The translations under genes were made by a program, and so were the position numbers. A model generated the notes under the pieces. The model was not told the origin of the DNA, ran no database searches, and was given only the letters and a program-made list of their open reading frames with translations. Shown piece by piece: positions 1 through 10,521 of a stretch of DNA of 64,000 nucleotides. This DNA is from a virus (taxonomy: Duplodnaviria > Caudoviricetes). Numbering within the stretch: position 1 is the first letter of the stretch; each line of letters starts with the position of its first letter. Where the stretch lies: IMG/VR virus record IMGVR_UViG_3300027759_003166. One strand, given 5' to 3'.

Positions 1-723
1 ACCAGATACATCAATGTTTCTAAACACGAATTAGTCAAACACTGTATCAGCAGTTTGGTTAATAGCATCAATCAAGTAACTAATCATAATATTCGACTAG
101 TTGTCTTAGATGATCATAGCAGCCCCGAAGCTGTAGATGATATTAAAACCATAATTGGGCATTGTAAGTTTCCCACAGAATTTATACCTGTGTTAGATGG
201 AACAGGCAATGGACATACAATGAAATGTGTCTATGATCAGGTAGAACAGAATTGTACAGATCTATGGTATCACATTGAAGATGACTATCTACACGTACCA
301 GAGGCTATTCAAGATATGATCGATTCGGTGGATCAATTTGAATCCAACACAGGTAAATTAGTTGCTATTAATCCTCACGATGACATATGGAGGTATACAA
401 AACAAATTTATCATAGTATACTGTTACTTGGTCCATACAGACATTATAGGACAGTTCAACATACTACCTATACTTGTTTGGCCAGCCGTAACCTGTATAA
501 TCGTTACCGTAATATTTTCCAAGATTTGGTTAAACTTACTATTAACAAGGAAGGTTGGGTCGAGGACCGGTCAATAAATCAAATTTGGCAACAACCAGAT
601 GTTATGTTATTCAGTCCAATACCTGGTCTAGGATTTCATATTATGGATGAAAGCGGCAAGGATCCTTATTTTGATATTGACGCATTATGGAACAGTGTTC
701 CTAAACTATGGAGAAAAGAATGA
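1..723 (+). CDS. GT2-like glycosyltransferase, 5'-truncated by the window edge
   Basis: Frame 1 is open from base 1 (TRYINVSKHELVKHC...). It has LVVLDDHS and WYHIEDDYLH, which are GT-A-like acidic motifs. Confidence 0.55.
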   Translation, partial: TRYINVSKHELVKHCISSLVNSINQVTNHNIRLVVLDDHSSPEAVDDIKTIIGHCKFPTEFIPVLDGTGNGHTMKCVYDQVEQNCTDLWYHIEDDYLHVPEAIQDMIDSVDQFESNTGKLVAINPHDDIWRYTKQIYHSILLLGPYRHYRTVQHTTYTCLASRNLYNRYRNIFQDLVKLTINKEGWVEDRSINQIWQQPDVMLFSPIPGLGFHIMDESGKDPYFDIDALWNSVPKLWRKE

Positions 724-1562
724 AAGTATATGACTGTTTTACATTTTTCAATGAGTTAGATCTATTAGAAGTGCGTTTAAACGAACTTTATAATAGCGTA
801 GATTATTTTGTCATTGCTGAGGCTAATATGAGTCACAGTGGCAAACCCAAAGAATATGTATTAGAACAAAATTGGGAAAGATTTAAACCTTTCCACGATA
901 AGATACGTTATCTTAAGATTGATGACTTTCCTGTAACCAACAATAGTTGGGTACGTGAGAAGTTTCAACGTGATGCTCTTAAGCGTGGAATCACTGATAA
1001 ACAAGCAGATGATTTGATCATAATTAGTGATCTTGACGAAATTCCACGTGGAGATATTATAGAATTGATCAAAGAAGATGAGAACAAATATGAACGTTAT
1101 GTATTATGTGTTCCATTATTTAGATACAAGTTTAATTTCTTAAAATGGCATCACCCTGTGATCAATCAACAAATGATTGTAACTAGGGCTCACGTATTCA
1201 CTAACCCTGAAAAAGAACGTGATTTTACTCATGCCTGGCTACCACCCGCGCCCGATGTTGTTTATCTACATCATGCTGGTTGGCACTTTAGCTACTTAGG
1301 TGATGATAAGAATGCAGTACATAAATTACAAAACTTTGCTCATACAGAACAAAATATACCTGAAATTGTTGATGTGTTCAATATTGATCGAATGATAGAA
1401 GAAAAATGTGGACCAAATCCTGCTGACATTGAAAAGTTTGAATACGTTCAACTTGATGATTATTTTCCTAAATGTGTAGTTGATAATCAAGAAAAATACA
1501 AAGATTTAATTATTCCAAACGCTACTATACCAATCTTTAAATTCTATCCGGAGGACGTATAA
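720..1562 (+). CDS. GT17 family (MGAT3-like beta-1,4-GlcNAc transferase), paralog 1
   Basis: N-terminus VYDCFTFFNELDLLEVRL, then SDLDEIPR and GWHFSY. The start was moved to the ATGA overlap at 720. Confidence 0.8.
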   Translation: MKVYDCFTFFNELDLLEVRLNELYNSVDYFVIAEANMSHSGKPKEYVLEQNWERFKPFHDKIRYLKIDDFPVTNNSWVREKFQRDALKRGITDKQADDLIIISDLDEIPRGDIIELIKEDENKYERYVLCVPLFRYKFNFLKWHHPVINQQMIVTRAHVFTNPEKERDFTHAWLPPAPDVVYLHHAGWHFSYLGDDKNAVHKLQNFAHTEQNIPEIVDVFNIDRMIEEKCGPNPADIEKFEYVQLDDYFPKCVVDNQEKYKDLIIPNATIPIFKFYPEDV

Positions 1563-2446
1563 TGAAAGTTTATGATATGTTTTCATTCTATAATGAATTT
1601 GAAATTTTAGAAATAAGATTAAAAGAATTATGGGATACAGTAGATTATTTTGTATTAGTTGAGTCTAACACTACTTTTACAGGATTACCCAAGGAATACT
1701 TCTTTGAAAATAATAAAGAAAGATTTGCTCCATATTTAGAAAAAATTCGTCATATTAAACTTGATGACTCAATTGAGGAACAACGCAGAGTATTGCCTGG
1801 GCAAATAGATGATACCTGGGTACGTGAAAAATATCAACGTTACATAGCTTATAAAGAGCTATCAGATGTTTCTCCTGAGGATCTTTTGATAATCAGTGAT
1901 TGTGATGAAATACCACGTGCTGACATGATTGAAATGATCAAGGAGGATGAAAACGATTATGATCGTTATATCATATATATAGCTCAATTTAATTACAAAA
2001 TTAACTATATGAAAATACAACATCCTAGTAGCCATCCTGCAATTATAACTGTTAGAGGTCGTGTATTTACAAATCCTCAACAAGAAAGAGAATATTCATT
2101 CTATTGGAACCCAAAACCAAATAATACAATATCAGTACATCATGGCGGCTGGCACTTTACCTATTTTGGTAATGAAGATCATTGTTTGAACAAAATTAAA
2201 AGTTTTGCTCATACTGAACAAAATGTTGGAAAAATTGTTGATGAATATAATATTTCATGGATGATTCGAAACAAATACGGTCATGAAGGAATTAATAGTA
2301 AGCATAACGAAAGATTTGAGTATGTATTAGTTGATGACTATTTTCCTAAATGCATAACAGAAAATTTAGATAAGTGGGATCATATGATCATACCAGATGC
2401 GGTGTTCAGAGTTGATGACCTTTACAGAGAAAATGAAAAATATTAA
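1562..2446 (+). CDS. GT17 family glycosyltransferase, paralog 2
   Basis: VYDMFSFYNEFEILEIRL, SDCDEIPR, GGWHFTY and KIKSFAHTE, all matching paralog 1. Confidence 0.8.
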   Translation: MKVYDMFSFYNEFEILEIRLKELWDTVDYFVLVESNTTFTGLPKEYFFENNKERFAPYLEKIRHIKLDDSIEEQRRVLPGQIDDTWVREKYQRYIAYKELSDVSPEDLLIISDCDEIPRADMIEMIKEDENDYDRYIIYIAQFNYKINYMKIQHPSSHPAIITVRGRVFTNPQQEREYSFYWNPKPNNTISVHHGGWHFTYFGNEDHCLNKIKSFAHTEQNVGKIVDEYNISWMIRNKYGHEGINSKHNERFEYVLVDDYFPKCITENLDKWDHMIIPDAVFRVDDLYRENEKY

Positions 2447-2447
2447 T

Positions 2448-3188
2448 ATGACTAATTTAAGAACACCTCCAACTGCTAAACCCCATAATCCAACATCCGA
2501 TCAAGAAACATCAATTAAATTTGCTGGTGAATGGGATTCTGAACTAGCGGTTAAAATTCAAAATGCATGGTTTAGTTCAATTTCTATGGAATTCAAATTA
2601 CCAGAATGGGTTCGTTATATGGATGGTGCCAGTGGAAAAAAATATAGATATTTTATTAACAACATGATTCAATCCCTGGACGATGCTAGATATTTAGAAA
2701 TTGGGACCTGGGCAGGATCGACTGCATGTTCTGCTCTATATGGAAACAAGGTTAAAACAACCTGTGTTGATAATTGGGCAGAGTTCGGCGGCCCAAAAGA
2801 TTTATTCTTTTCAAATATAGACAAATTAAAATCTCCAGACATTGATTTTTCTTTTATAGAAAATGATTTTAATCTTATAGATTATACATCTATAGGAAAA
2901 TTTAACGTGTATATGTATGATGGAGCTCATTCTGAAGAAAATCAATACAACGGAGTTGCTAGGGTATTACCTGCATTAGATGACACCTTCTTACTGGTTG
3001 TTGATGATTGGAATTGGAATGCTGTTAGATCAGGAACACTTAATGCTATTAACGATAAAAATCTCAGCATAGTATGCAGTATAGAAATTCGAACAATGCA
3101 ACAAGAGGTATGGTGGGCTCCTGATATTTTAGGATCCGACAGCGACTGGCATAATGGATACTTTATAGCATTAATTAAAAAAGGATAA
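2448..3188 (+). CDS. Class I SAM-dependent methyltransferase (Methyltransf_24-like)
   Basis: YLEIGTWAGS motif I, YMYDGAH and VVDDWNW. The start was moved to the ATG after the upstream stop. Confidence 0.75.
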   Translation: MTNLRTPPTAKPHNPTSDQETSIKFAGEWDSELAVKIQNAWFSSISMEFKLPEWVRYMDGASGKKYRYFINNMIQSLDDARYLEIGTWAGSTACSALYGNKVKTTCVDNWAEFGGPKDLFFSNIDKLKSPDIDFSFIENDFNLIDYTSIGKFNVYMYDGAHSEENQYNGVARVLPALDDTFLLVVDDWNWNAVRSGTLNAINDKNLSIVCSIEIRTMQQEVWWAPDILGSDSDWHNGYFIALIKKG

Positions 3189-3190
3189 CA

Positions 3191-3970
3191 ATGACAACAT
3201 TTTCACATTCAGGAACTACAGGTGATACATTTTGTGCCTTAGTAATTCCAAAAATATTTGGCGAAGGAGAAGTATATCTCAAGTTGAATAACCTAGAACA
3301 TGTAATAAACACTAAATTAGGGTGGAGCAATAAAGGAAATCGGCATGAAGGTCGTATGACTGAAAATGATTATGAAGTAATGCGTGAATTAATTTTACAT
3401 CAAAAATACATTACTAAATTTGAAATTTGGAATGGTCAAGGAATTGATTATGAATTAGAAGATGCATACGATCATTTAGAGACAGGATTCTTTCCTAGAA
3501 ATTTTAGCAATCAATATGCATTAGCTGCCGGAATAGATCCTAAGAAGCATGAAAAAGAATTACAAATGCTTCCGTGGTTGGAGTGCCGAGAGCCCCGTAA
3601 ATTTCCTGGAAGACCTATTGTTATACATCGTAGTCCTAATTACCAAGAAGGTAATCCAGTAGATAGCCCACATTGGAGAAAAATTATAGATCGAGGTTTA
3701 GCAGATCAAGCGGTATTTGTAGGCGCTGATAGCGATCACGATTACTTTGAAAATCTTTACAAAATACGTGTACCTTATTATAGAACTCCAGACTGGATGG
3801 AATTAGCCCGTGTAATACAAGGTAGTGAACTTATGATTACTAGCATGGGAGGTCCAAGTGCTTTATGTTTATGTCTTGGAAAAACAATGATGCTAGAACC
3901 TCGCAAAAATGAACCACACGAAAGATTAGAAATCAACTATCCTCTCAGAGTTAATATACAATATTTTTAA
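3191..3970 (+). CDS. Putative GT-B / GT9-like glycosyltransferase
   Basis: N-terminal HSGTTGD, a FVG segment and ELARVIQGSELMIT, resembling heptosyltransferase-like GT9 proteins. Confidence 0.4.
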   Translation: MTTFSHSGTTGDTFCALVIPKIFGEGEVYLKLNNLEHVINTKLGWSNKGNRHEGRMTENDYEVMRELILHQKYITKFEIWNGQGIDYELEDAYDHLETGFFPRNFSNQYALAAGIDPKKHEKELQMLPWLECREPRKFPGRPIVIHRSPNYQEGNPVDSPHWRKIIDRGLADQAVFVGADSDHDYFENLYKIRVPYYRTPDWMELARVIQGSELMITSMGGPSALCLCLGKTMMLEPRKNEPHERLEINYPLRVNIQYF

Positions 3971-3980
3971 AAGGTAAATT

Positions 3981-4646
3981 ATGACAATAGAAATTAAATG
4001 GACAGGTGATTTAAATTCTCCAGATGGAGAAAAATTAATCGATGCCTTTAAACAAGCATATAGAATGAATCATAAATTATCTGATTTTGTATTGAATATG
4101 CGTGGAATGAGCGGTAAAAAATATAGAGTATTAATTAACACATTGATTGAAAACACGTCTGATGTTAGATATTTAGAAATAGGATCTTATAAAGGATCAA
4201 CCGCTTGTGCAGCAATCTATGGCAATGATGCAAAATTATCTTGTATTGATACATTCATATGGAGCTCTAGTCAAGAGCTAAAAGATAACATTGCTCTGGC
4301 TTCAACTAAAAATGTAGATTTTAAATTATTTGAGCAAGATTTTAGAACCATTGACTATTCTAACATTGGAAAATATAATGTATATATGTACGACGGCCCT
4401 CACGATGAGAGAGATCAGTTTGACGGAATTTTAATTGCACAACCAGCTTTGGAAGATAAATTTTTATTAATAGTTGATGATTGGAATGGGTCTCACGTGC
4501 AGAACGGTACAATAAATGCCATGAAATATCTAGGGTTAAATGTGTTAGCAAGCGTGGAGATTTTTTCACCCAACGAACCAATCACAGATGAAAAAAGTGA
4601 TTGGCATTTTGGATATTTCATAGGTTACGTTGAAAAATCTCAGTAA
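3981..4646 (+). CDS. Class I SAM-dependent methyltransferase, paralog of 2448-3188
   Basis: Shares SGKKYR, YLEIG, IGKYNVYMYDG, VDDWN and SDWHxGYFI with 2448-3188. Confidence 0.75.
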   Translation: MTIEIKWTGDLNSPDGEKLIDAFKQAYRMNHKLSDFVLNMRGMSGKKYRVLINTLIENTSDVRYLEIGSYKGSTACAAIYGNDAKLSCIDTFIWSSSQELKDNIALASTKNVDFKLFEQDFRTIDYSNIGKYNVYMYDGPHDERDQFDGILIAQPALEDKFLLIVDDWNGSHVQNGTINAMKYLGLNVLASVEIFSPNEPITDEKSDWHFGYFIGYVEKSQ

Positions 4647-4669
4647 CCAATTCATTAAACTTTTACAGA

Positions 4670-5389
4670 ATGAAAATAGCAATAATAATATGTGGACAGC
4701 CTAGGTTTACTGATGATTTTAAAAACACCTTAACTAATCTTAAAGGTTATACTCATGCCGATTGGTTTTGTTATTTCACAGGCAACAATCAAGGAATCCC
4801 ATCTAATAAACTTCCTTCAGAGTTTTGGAGAGAAATTACTGATACAAAATTAGCAGCAAATACTCTTCAATCTATGTTACCACCGACTAATTTTATTAGA
4901 TCATTTGAATTGTCTGATAGTGACTATATTGAACTACCAAAAGAACCTCTAGAAGTTCCTACGCCTGCTTATAAAATGTGGTATAATTTATTTCAAGTTA
5001 ATCAACTTCGACTTAACTATGAAAAACAAAATAACATTATATACGATATGGTTGTACGCATACGTCCTGATGCAGGGTTAGTAGATGAAGTAGATCTAAA
5101 TAATCTAATGGAACATATTAATCACTCGGTAATAACTCCTATAAACAAAATTGCAGGACACCTTAACCTTAGTCCCGACTCTCCTCAAATGTGTGATTGT
5201 CTTGCTATTGCTTCTCCAGAAAATATGAATATATATTGTGATATGATTCACGACGCTCATAACAATTTCTTTACTCAAACTAGGTATACTTGGCATACAG
5301 AAAGTGCTCATGCATTACATTTAAAAAATCATAATGTTACTATAACACCGTGTAATTTTAAAATATCAATACGCGGTGATGCTAATTAA
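4670..5389 (+). CDS. Conserved glycan-locus protein (MKIAxxxxGxPR...RxRPD family), paralog 1
   Basis: MKIAIIICGQPRF, YDMVVRIRPD and DCLAIA. This family is typical of phage and bacterial polysaccharide loci. Confidence 0.55.
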   Translation: MKIAIIICGQPRFTDDFKNTLTNLKGYTHADWFCYFTGNNQGIPSNKLPSEFWREITDTKLAANTLQSMLPPTNFIRSFELSDSDYIELPKEPLEVPTPAYKMWYNLFQVNQLRLNYEKQNNIIYDMVVRIRPDAGLVDEVDLNNLMEHINHSVITPINKIAGHLNLSPDSPQMCDCLAIASPENMNIYCDMIHDAHNNFFTQTRYTWHTESAHALHLKNHNVTITPCNFKISIRGDAN

Positions 5390-5432
5390 GCATCCAATAA
5401 ATATTCAGATTATTAAATAGAAAGACAATAAA

Positions 5433-6059
5433 ATGCCAAATACAATATACATTGATAGTACATACTGCCCTACAGATTTATGTCTTATTGGATCAGACTG
5501 TAATACCGATAAGGCTCCCTACTCTTTAAACAGTGTTTGTTCAAAAGCACGAAAGGGATATACCGCAGTTTACGAGCTATTATTTTCATCTATGCGAAAC
5601 AAAGAAATTAATTTTTGTGAGATAGGAATAGAGGCTGGCGCATCAGTTCAGATGTGGGAACAATATTTCTCTAAGGCTAATTTATTTGCATTTGAATATG
5701 ATGAGAATAAAATTGAATTATGTAAAAAATTAGCACCTAACACTAATTTTTTAAAAACTGATGTATCAAATGAACAAATCTTACATCAAACATTTAAAGA
5801 TACAGATAAAATGTTTGACATAATTATTGATGATTCAAATCACCATCAACCGGATCAACTTAAAATAATAAAAGTATCTGTTGATTATTTAAAGCCTGGT
5901 GGTATACTAATTATTGAAGATATTTACAGAGAGTATACAGAAGATATTTTTGATTCAGTTATTGGTGATGAGTGGGCATTTAAAGCATTTATTATTTGTG
6001 ATCATCAAAACAGAAGCGGGCATGACAATGATAAAATATGGGTAGGTATTAAAAAATGA
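5433..6059 (+). CDS. Class I SAM-dependent (sugar O-)methyltransferase
   Basis: FCEIGIEAGAS, FDIIIDDSNH and LKPGGILIIEDI. Confidence 0.75.
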   Translation: MPNTIYIDSTYCPTDLCLIGSDCNTDKAPYSLNSVCSKARKGYTAVYELLFSSMRNKEINFCEIGIEAGASVQMWEQYFSKANLFAFEYDENKIELCKKLAPNTNFLKTDVSNEQILHQTFKDTDKMFDIIIDDSNHHQPDQLKIIKVSVDYLKPGGILIIEDIYREYTEDIFDSVIGDEWAFKAFIICDHQNRSGHDNDKIWVGIKK

Positions 6060-6823
6060 AAGTAGCATTGGTAACTGGGGGACTTCCTAGATTCACAGTT
6101 GACTTTGTAAAGTTAATGAATCAATTAAAAGGATTTGACTCTGCTGATATTTACATGACATTATGGTCCACTGACTGGGCGATATCAGCAGAAGAGGCCA
6201 GGGCTAAAATAGAAAAAATATTACCACCTCAATATAATCTAGCTAAAATAACCATCGTTGATCAACCAGAATATGAACTACCACCTCATTCTACAAATTT
6301 GTCACCACCAGTTGATTCAAAATATATAACATGGTGGTATAAGCGTTTATATCTAGGATCTCTTGGACTTTCCTGGGCACATGATCTTATAGATAAAGAA
6401 TACGACGCTGTTGTTGTATTTAGATTAGATGTTTCTGCAGATAGGGAGATTGATCTAAGTACCTATGATTTTTCAAATAAACAATTAATATGTTCTAACA
6501 ATGGACATTCTGGATTTCCAGATTATAAAATCAATGATCAATTAGTGTTTGGTTCTCAGGAATCTATAAAACTTTTATGTGACATGGGAAAAAATGTTAA
6601 AGAATTAGTTCCTTTATCTGATCCACAGTGGTCAAAAACAGATATAATAGATGGATCTGTATGGACCTGGAGCAGAGAGTGTTTAATAGGGTATTACATG
6701 AAACAAGTTGATGTACCGTTGATATATGGTAATTTTAATGTAGTAATGAACTCTCAAGGTAGATCACGATTTACGGATAAACATTTTCATCATCCTGTTT
6801 CAATAGATCCTACAGAAATTTAA
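6056..6823 (+). CDS. Conserved glycan-locus protein, paralog 2
   Basis: MKVALVTGGLPRF, YDAVVVFRLD and NDQLVFG, the same pattern as 4670-5389. Confidence 0.55.
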   Translation: MKVALVTGGLPRFTVDFVKLMNQLKGFDSADIYMTLWSTDWAISAEEARAKIEKILPPQYNLAKITIVDQPEYELPPHSTNLSPPVDSKYITWWYKRLYLGSLGLSWAHDLIDKEYDAVVVFRLDVSADREIDLSTYDFSNKQLICSNNGHSGFPDYKINDQLVFGSQESIKLLCDMGKNVKELVPLSDPQWSKTDIIDGSVWTWSRECLIGYYMKQVDVPLIYGNFNVVMNSQGRSRFTDKHFHHPVSIDPTEI

Positions 6824-6828
6824 AAATT

Positions 6829-7551
6829 ATGAATATATTAATACCTATGGCAGGATTAGGGTCGAGATTTTTGACCAAAGGTTTTCATCAACCTAAACCA
6901 TTAATTGATGTAAACGGTACTCCTATGATTATAAGAGCAATAGAAAGTCTTGGTATCGATAATGCCAGATACTTATTTGTTATATCAAAAAATGAATATT
7001 CAGAAAGTGTTAAAAAAGAAATTTCAAAATATGTAAATTGTAATTTCATTGAAATTAATTATATTACAGAAGGACCTGCCTGTTCTGCATTATTGTTCAA
7101 AGATCAAATTAACAACGATGATGAATTAATTATTGCCAACTGTGATCAAATTATGGAATGGAGTGCAGATTTATTTTTATTAAATGTTCGGCAATACGAT
7201 GGTGCAGTAGTAACCTATCACGAAACAACTGATAAAAATAGTTATGCTAAGGTTAATAAACAAGGTCAGGTTATAGAGATACAAGAAAAAAATGTAATAA
7301 GTAATATATCATTAAACGGAATACATTATTGGAAAAATGGTAGCTACTTTGTTGATAGCGCTCAAGAAATGATCGATGATGATTATAGGGCTCCTAATGG
7401 AGAATTCTATGTTGGACCATCGTACAATTATATGATTAAAAACAGATTAACAGTAGGTATATATCATATACCTAATCAGATGCATCACCCAGTGGGTGTA
7501 CCAGACGATTTAGAAAAATTTATTAAATATGAAAATTCAAAAATTAGATAA
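6829..7551 (+). CDS. Sugar-phosphate nucleotidyltransferase (NTP_transferase family)
   Basis: LIPMAGLGSRF...PKPLI signature, then TEGPA, NCDQ and NGEFYV. Confidence 0.85.
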   Translation: MNILIPMAGLGSRFLTKGFHQPKPLIDVNGTPMIIRAIESLGIDNARYLFVISKNEYSESVKKEISKYVNCNFIEINYITEGPACSALLFKDQINNDDELIIANCDQIMEWSADLFLLNVRQYDGAVVTYHETTDKNSYAKVNKQGQVIEIQEKNVISNISLNGIHYWKNGSYFVDSAQEMIDDDYRAPNGEFYVGPSYNYMIKNRLTVGIYHIPNQMHHPVGVPDDLEKFIKYENSKIR

Positions 7552-7852
7552 CATGTGGAGAGGATGGTTTATTGGCAACTTTGAACCAACTGTATTAAAA
7601 ACTAAAGACTTTGAAGTAGGTATATTAACACACAAGAAAGATGAAGTATGGCCAGAACATTATCATGCCATTGCTACAGAATATAATGTATTAATAAGCG
7701 GGCACATGACAGTATGTGGAGAAGAACTACATTCTGGAGATATTTTTATTATAGAACCCAACGAAATAGCAAGACCTGTGTTCCATGAAGATTGTATAAT
7801 AGTATGTGTAAAAACACCAAGTGTACCAAAGGATAAGTATGAAGTTTTTTAG
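7529..7852 (+). CDS. Cupin (RmlC-like) protein
   Basis: RGWFIGNFEP, HYH...EYNVLISG and GDIFIIEP match the cupin motifs. Confidence 0.75.
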   Translation: MKIQKLDNMWRGWFIGNFEPTVLKTKDFEVGILTHKKDEVWPEHYHAIATEYNVLISGHMTVCGEELHSGDIFIIEPNEIARPVFHEDCIIVCVKTPSVPKDKYEVF

Positions 7853-9032
7853 AAACAGAGAAGAAATAGATATAAACAAATACTTCATAGCAACATATGT
7901 TATGAAATCGTCAACTTCACTTAAAGATGCTGCGTGGAATCTTGCTATAGGTCAAAGTGTAGGAAATCCTAGTGTTCGTAATGAATGGGAAACTGATGAC
8001 TTATTTGAAAATCACAGTTGTATCATTTTAGGTGATGAAAGCTATATGTCCACACAGATCTCGGGTATTGTAGAAATTGCATTTCCTGTAGCAAACATTG
8101 ATTGGGATACAGACGGAATTAGTCAACTTCTTTGCCACCTGATGGGAGGACAAGTTGATATTGATATTATTAAAAAATGTCGTTTGATAAAACTTGAATT
8201 GCCAAACAATGTTACTCAGCATTTTTTAGGTCCTAAATTTGGAATTACAGGTTTTAGACAATTCACAGGACAATACAATAAACCATTATTTGGTGGTATC
8301 ATTAAACCAAAGATTGGAGTTTCTCCAGAAGTATTGCTAGAAATGGTTAAGCAAATGGTCGATGGTGGAGTTGATTTTATTAAAGAAGATGAAATCATGA
8401 GCAATCCCGTATGTGCTCCATTGGAACATAGGGTAGACATGATTGCTAACTATCTAGCCAAACAAAGTCGTAAAGTTGTATTCTGTCACACCATTAATGC
8501 AGATCCACATATTATTATAGACCGTGTTAAGCGTGTACATGAGTTAGGTGGTAATGGAGTTCACGTTAATGTGTTTAGTGGAATTGGTGTGTATAATAGT
8601 ATTCGCAAATTAGATCTACCTTTATATCTACATTATCAAAGTAGCGGAGCGAAATTACTAACTGATGTAAATCACAGGTTTAGTATTAGTTGGCCAGTAA
8701 TGTGCCAGTTAGCAACACTAATGGGTGTTGATACTATACAAACTGGCATGGTTGGAGGATATAGTAATGATGATCCAGTGGAGATTAAAGAATGTTTAGA
8801 AATATTAAGAGCAGGTAATACTGTGCCTGCACTTAGTTGTGGAATGCATCCCGGATTAGTTAATAAGGTCACCGAACTTGCAGGGTTAGATTATTTGGCC
8901 AATGCAGGTGGAGCAGTTCATGGTCACCCTGGCGGTACAGTTGCAGGTGCGCGAGCCATGAGACAAGCAATAGATAAAACGCATAATACAGAATATGATC
9001 AAGCAATTAACAAATGGGGATTAATAATATGA
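7839..9032 (+). CDS. RuBisCO-like protein (form IV, RLP)
   Basis: IKPKIG (K175/K177), GGVDFIKEDE (K201/D203/E204), LSCG and AGGAVHGHP. The R295, H327 and K334 equivalents are replaced, so it is not a true carboxylase. Confidence 0.9.
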   Translation: MKFFRNREEIDINKYFIATYVMKSSTSLKDAAWNLAIGQSVGNPSVRNEWETDDLFENHSCIILGDESYMSTQISGIVEIAFPVANIDWDTDGISQLLCHLMGGQVDIDIIKKCRLIKLELPNNVTQHFLGPKFGITGFRQFTGQYNKPLFGGIIKPKIGVSPEVLLEMVKQMVDGGVDFIKEDEIMSNPVCAPLEHRVDMIANYLAKQSRKVVFCHTINADPHIIIDRVKRVHELGGNGVHVNVFSGIGVYNSIRKLDLPLYLHYQSSGAKLLTDVNHRFSISWPVMCQLATLMGVDTIQTGMVGGYSNDDPVEIKECLEILRAGNTVPALSCGMHPGLVNKVTELAGLDYLANAGGAVHGHPGGTVAGARAMRQAIDKTHNTEYDQAINKWGLII

Positions 9033-9874
9033 GAATTATTGATAATTTCTTATTTCATAATGAGTTTGATCTTTTAGAGATTCGATTAAGTACACATTAT
9101 GATTATGTGGATCAATTTACCATTGTAGAATGCAATCATACATTCACTGGTATACATAAAGGATTTAATCTAATTGAACAAAAAGAAAGATATGCTCCTT
9201 GGTGGGATAAGGTTAACTTAGTACAACCGGATAAGCCGCCTCACAATGATTCCTGGAATGCAGAACATTGGATGCGTAATCATTTCCAAACACAATGGGA
9301 CAACTTAACCAAAGATGATGTTGTTATTATTGCTGACTTAGATGAAATAATTCGACCAGAAGCATTACAATTTATTAGAGAAACGGATTATGATTTTTAT
9401 AAATTAGGAATGCCATTCTTTAATTTAAAATTTAATTATCTAAATTTAGTTCCTCATAATCCGTGGCCATCCGTTAAAGCATTTCGAGGATACTATGTTG
9501 AAGGAATGGATGGTATGAGAAATGTACATAGTGTTCCAGGAGGACGGCAAGTAGATCTACATCACTCAGGATGGCATTTTAGTTACCTCGGAGATGAAGA
9601 ATATTGCAGGAATAAATTACGCAGTTTTTCTCATAGTGAATGGAATCTTCCACATATTACTGATAATTTTAATGTTTCAAAAGCTATAGAAAATGGCCAA
9701 GATATTTTAGCAAGGCCTGGTTTTGTTTTTTGTCCAGTTAAACTTGATAATTATTTTCCAAAATATATTATTGATAATAAAGAAAAATTCAAAAATTACA
9801 TATTACAAGATGGTGAAAAATCTGTATTAGACCATATACCCGGAAACGTACCGCAAGTATTATCCGTATTTTAA
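9029..9874 (+). CDS. GT17 family glycosyltransferase, paralog 3
   Basis: IIDNFLFHNEFDLLEIRL, ADLDEI and SGWHFSYLG. ATGA overlap with the RLP stop. Confidence 0.8.
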   Translation: MRIIDNFLFHNEFDLLEIRLSTHYDYVDQFTIVECNHTFTGIHKGFNLIEQKERYAPWWDKVNLVQPDKPPHNDSWNAEHWMRNHFQTQWDNLTKDDVVIIADLDEIIRPEALQFIRETDYDFYKLGMPFFNLKFNYLNLVPHNPWPSVKAFRGYYVEGMDGMRNVHSVPGGRQVDLHHSGWHFSYLGDEEYCRNKLRSFSHSEWNLPHITDNFNVSKAIENGQDILARPGFVFCPVKLDNYFPKYIIDNKEKFKNYILQDGEKSVLDHIPGNVPQVLSVF

Positions 9875-9896
9875 AAATTTATAAAGGAAAATAATA

Positions 9897-10508
9897 ATGC
9901 AATGGGAACAAGATTTAATTAGAGATATTCGTACAGGTACTGATTATGATAACAAAGATGGCGATGGTGGAATACCACATCCCGATATGAGTCGGTGGCC
10001 TTGGAGAGAAGTTACCGAAGATAACAGAGTTGCCTTTACTGAAAGATTTTTAAAAGTTCGAGATAATTGCCAATCTGTACTTGAAATAGGAGTTTGTAAT
10101 AATCTTGATGAATCAATAACGTATAGATTTTTAGAAAATAAAAAACCAGAAACAATTTATTTTGGCATTGATATTCTAGACAAATCTTTCTTAAATGATA
10201 CTACAAAAAATATATATACAATTCAGGGCTCTAGTAGTCAAGTAGAAGAAAATATAGAAAAAATGAAATCACTAGGTGTTAAAGAATTTGGTTTTATTTT
10301 TATTGATGGGTGGCATAGTATTAATCAATGTTTAATTGATTGGGAATATACTAAATTATTAGCACCTAACGGTATTGTAGGATTTCATGATACTTCTGTA
10401 CATCCAGGGCCTTACCATTTTATAAAGGCATTAAACAAAGATATATGGGAAGTAGAAGAAAATGTATGTACCAGCGACTGGGGTATAGGATTTGCTCGCA
10501 AAAAATAA
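9897..10508 (+). CDS. Class I SAM-dependent methyltransferase
   Basis: VLEIGV, FIFIDGWHS and LAPNGIVGFHD. Confidence 0.7.
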   Translation: MQWEQDLIRDIRTGTDYDNKDGDGGIPHPDMSRWPWREVTEDNRVAFTERFLKVRDNCQSVLEIGVCNNLDESITYRFLENKKPETIYFGIDILDKSFLNDTTKNIYTIQGSSSQVEENIEKMKSLGVKEFGFIFIDGWHSINQCLIDWEYTKLLAPNGIVGFHDTSVHPGPYHFIKALNKDIWEVEENVCTSDWGIGFARKK

Positions 10509-10521
10509 TATTAGATAATCT

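Noticed and set aside
7839-9032. True CO2-fixing RuBisCO
   Set aside because: The R295, H327 and K334 equivalents are missing, and there is no small subunit or phosphoribulokinase nearby.
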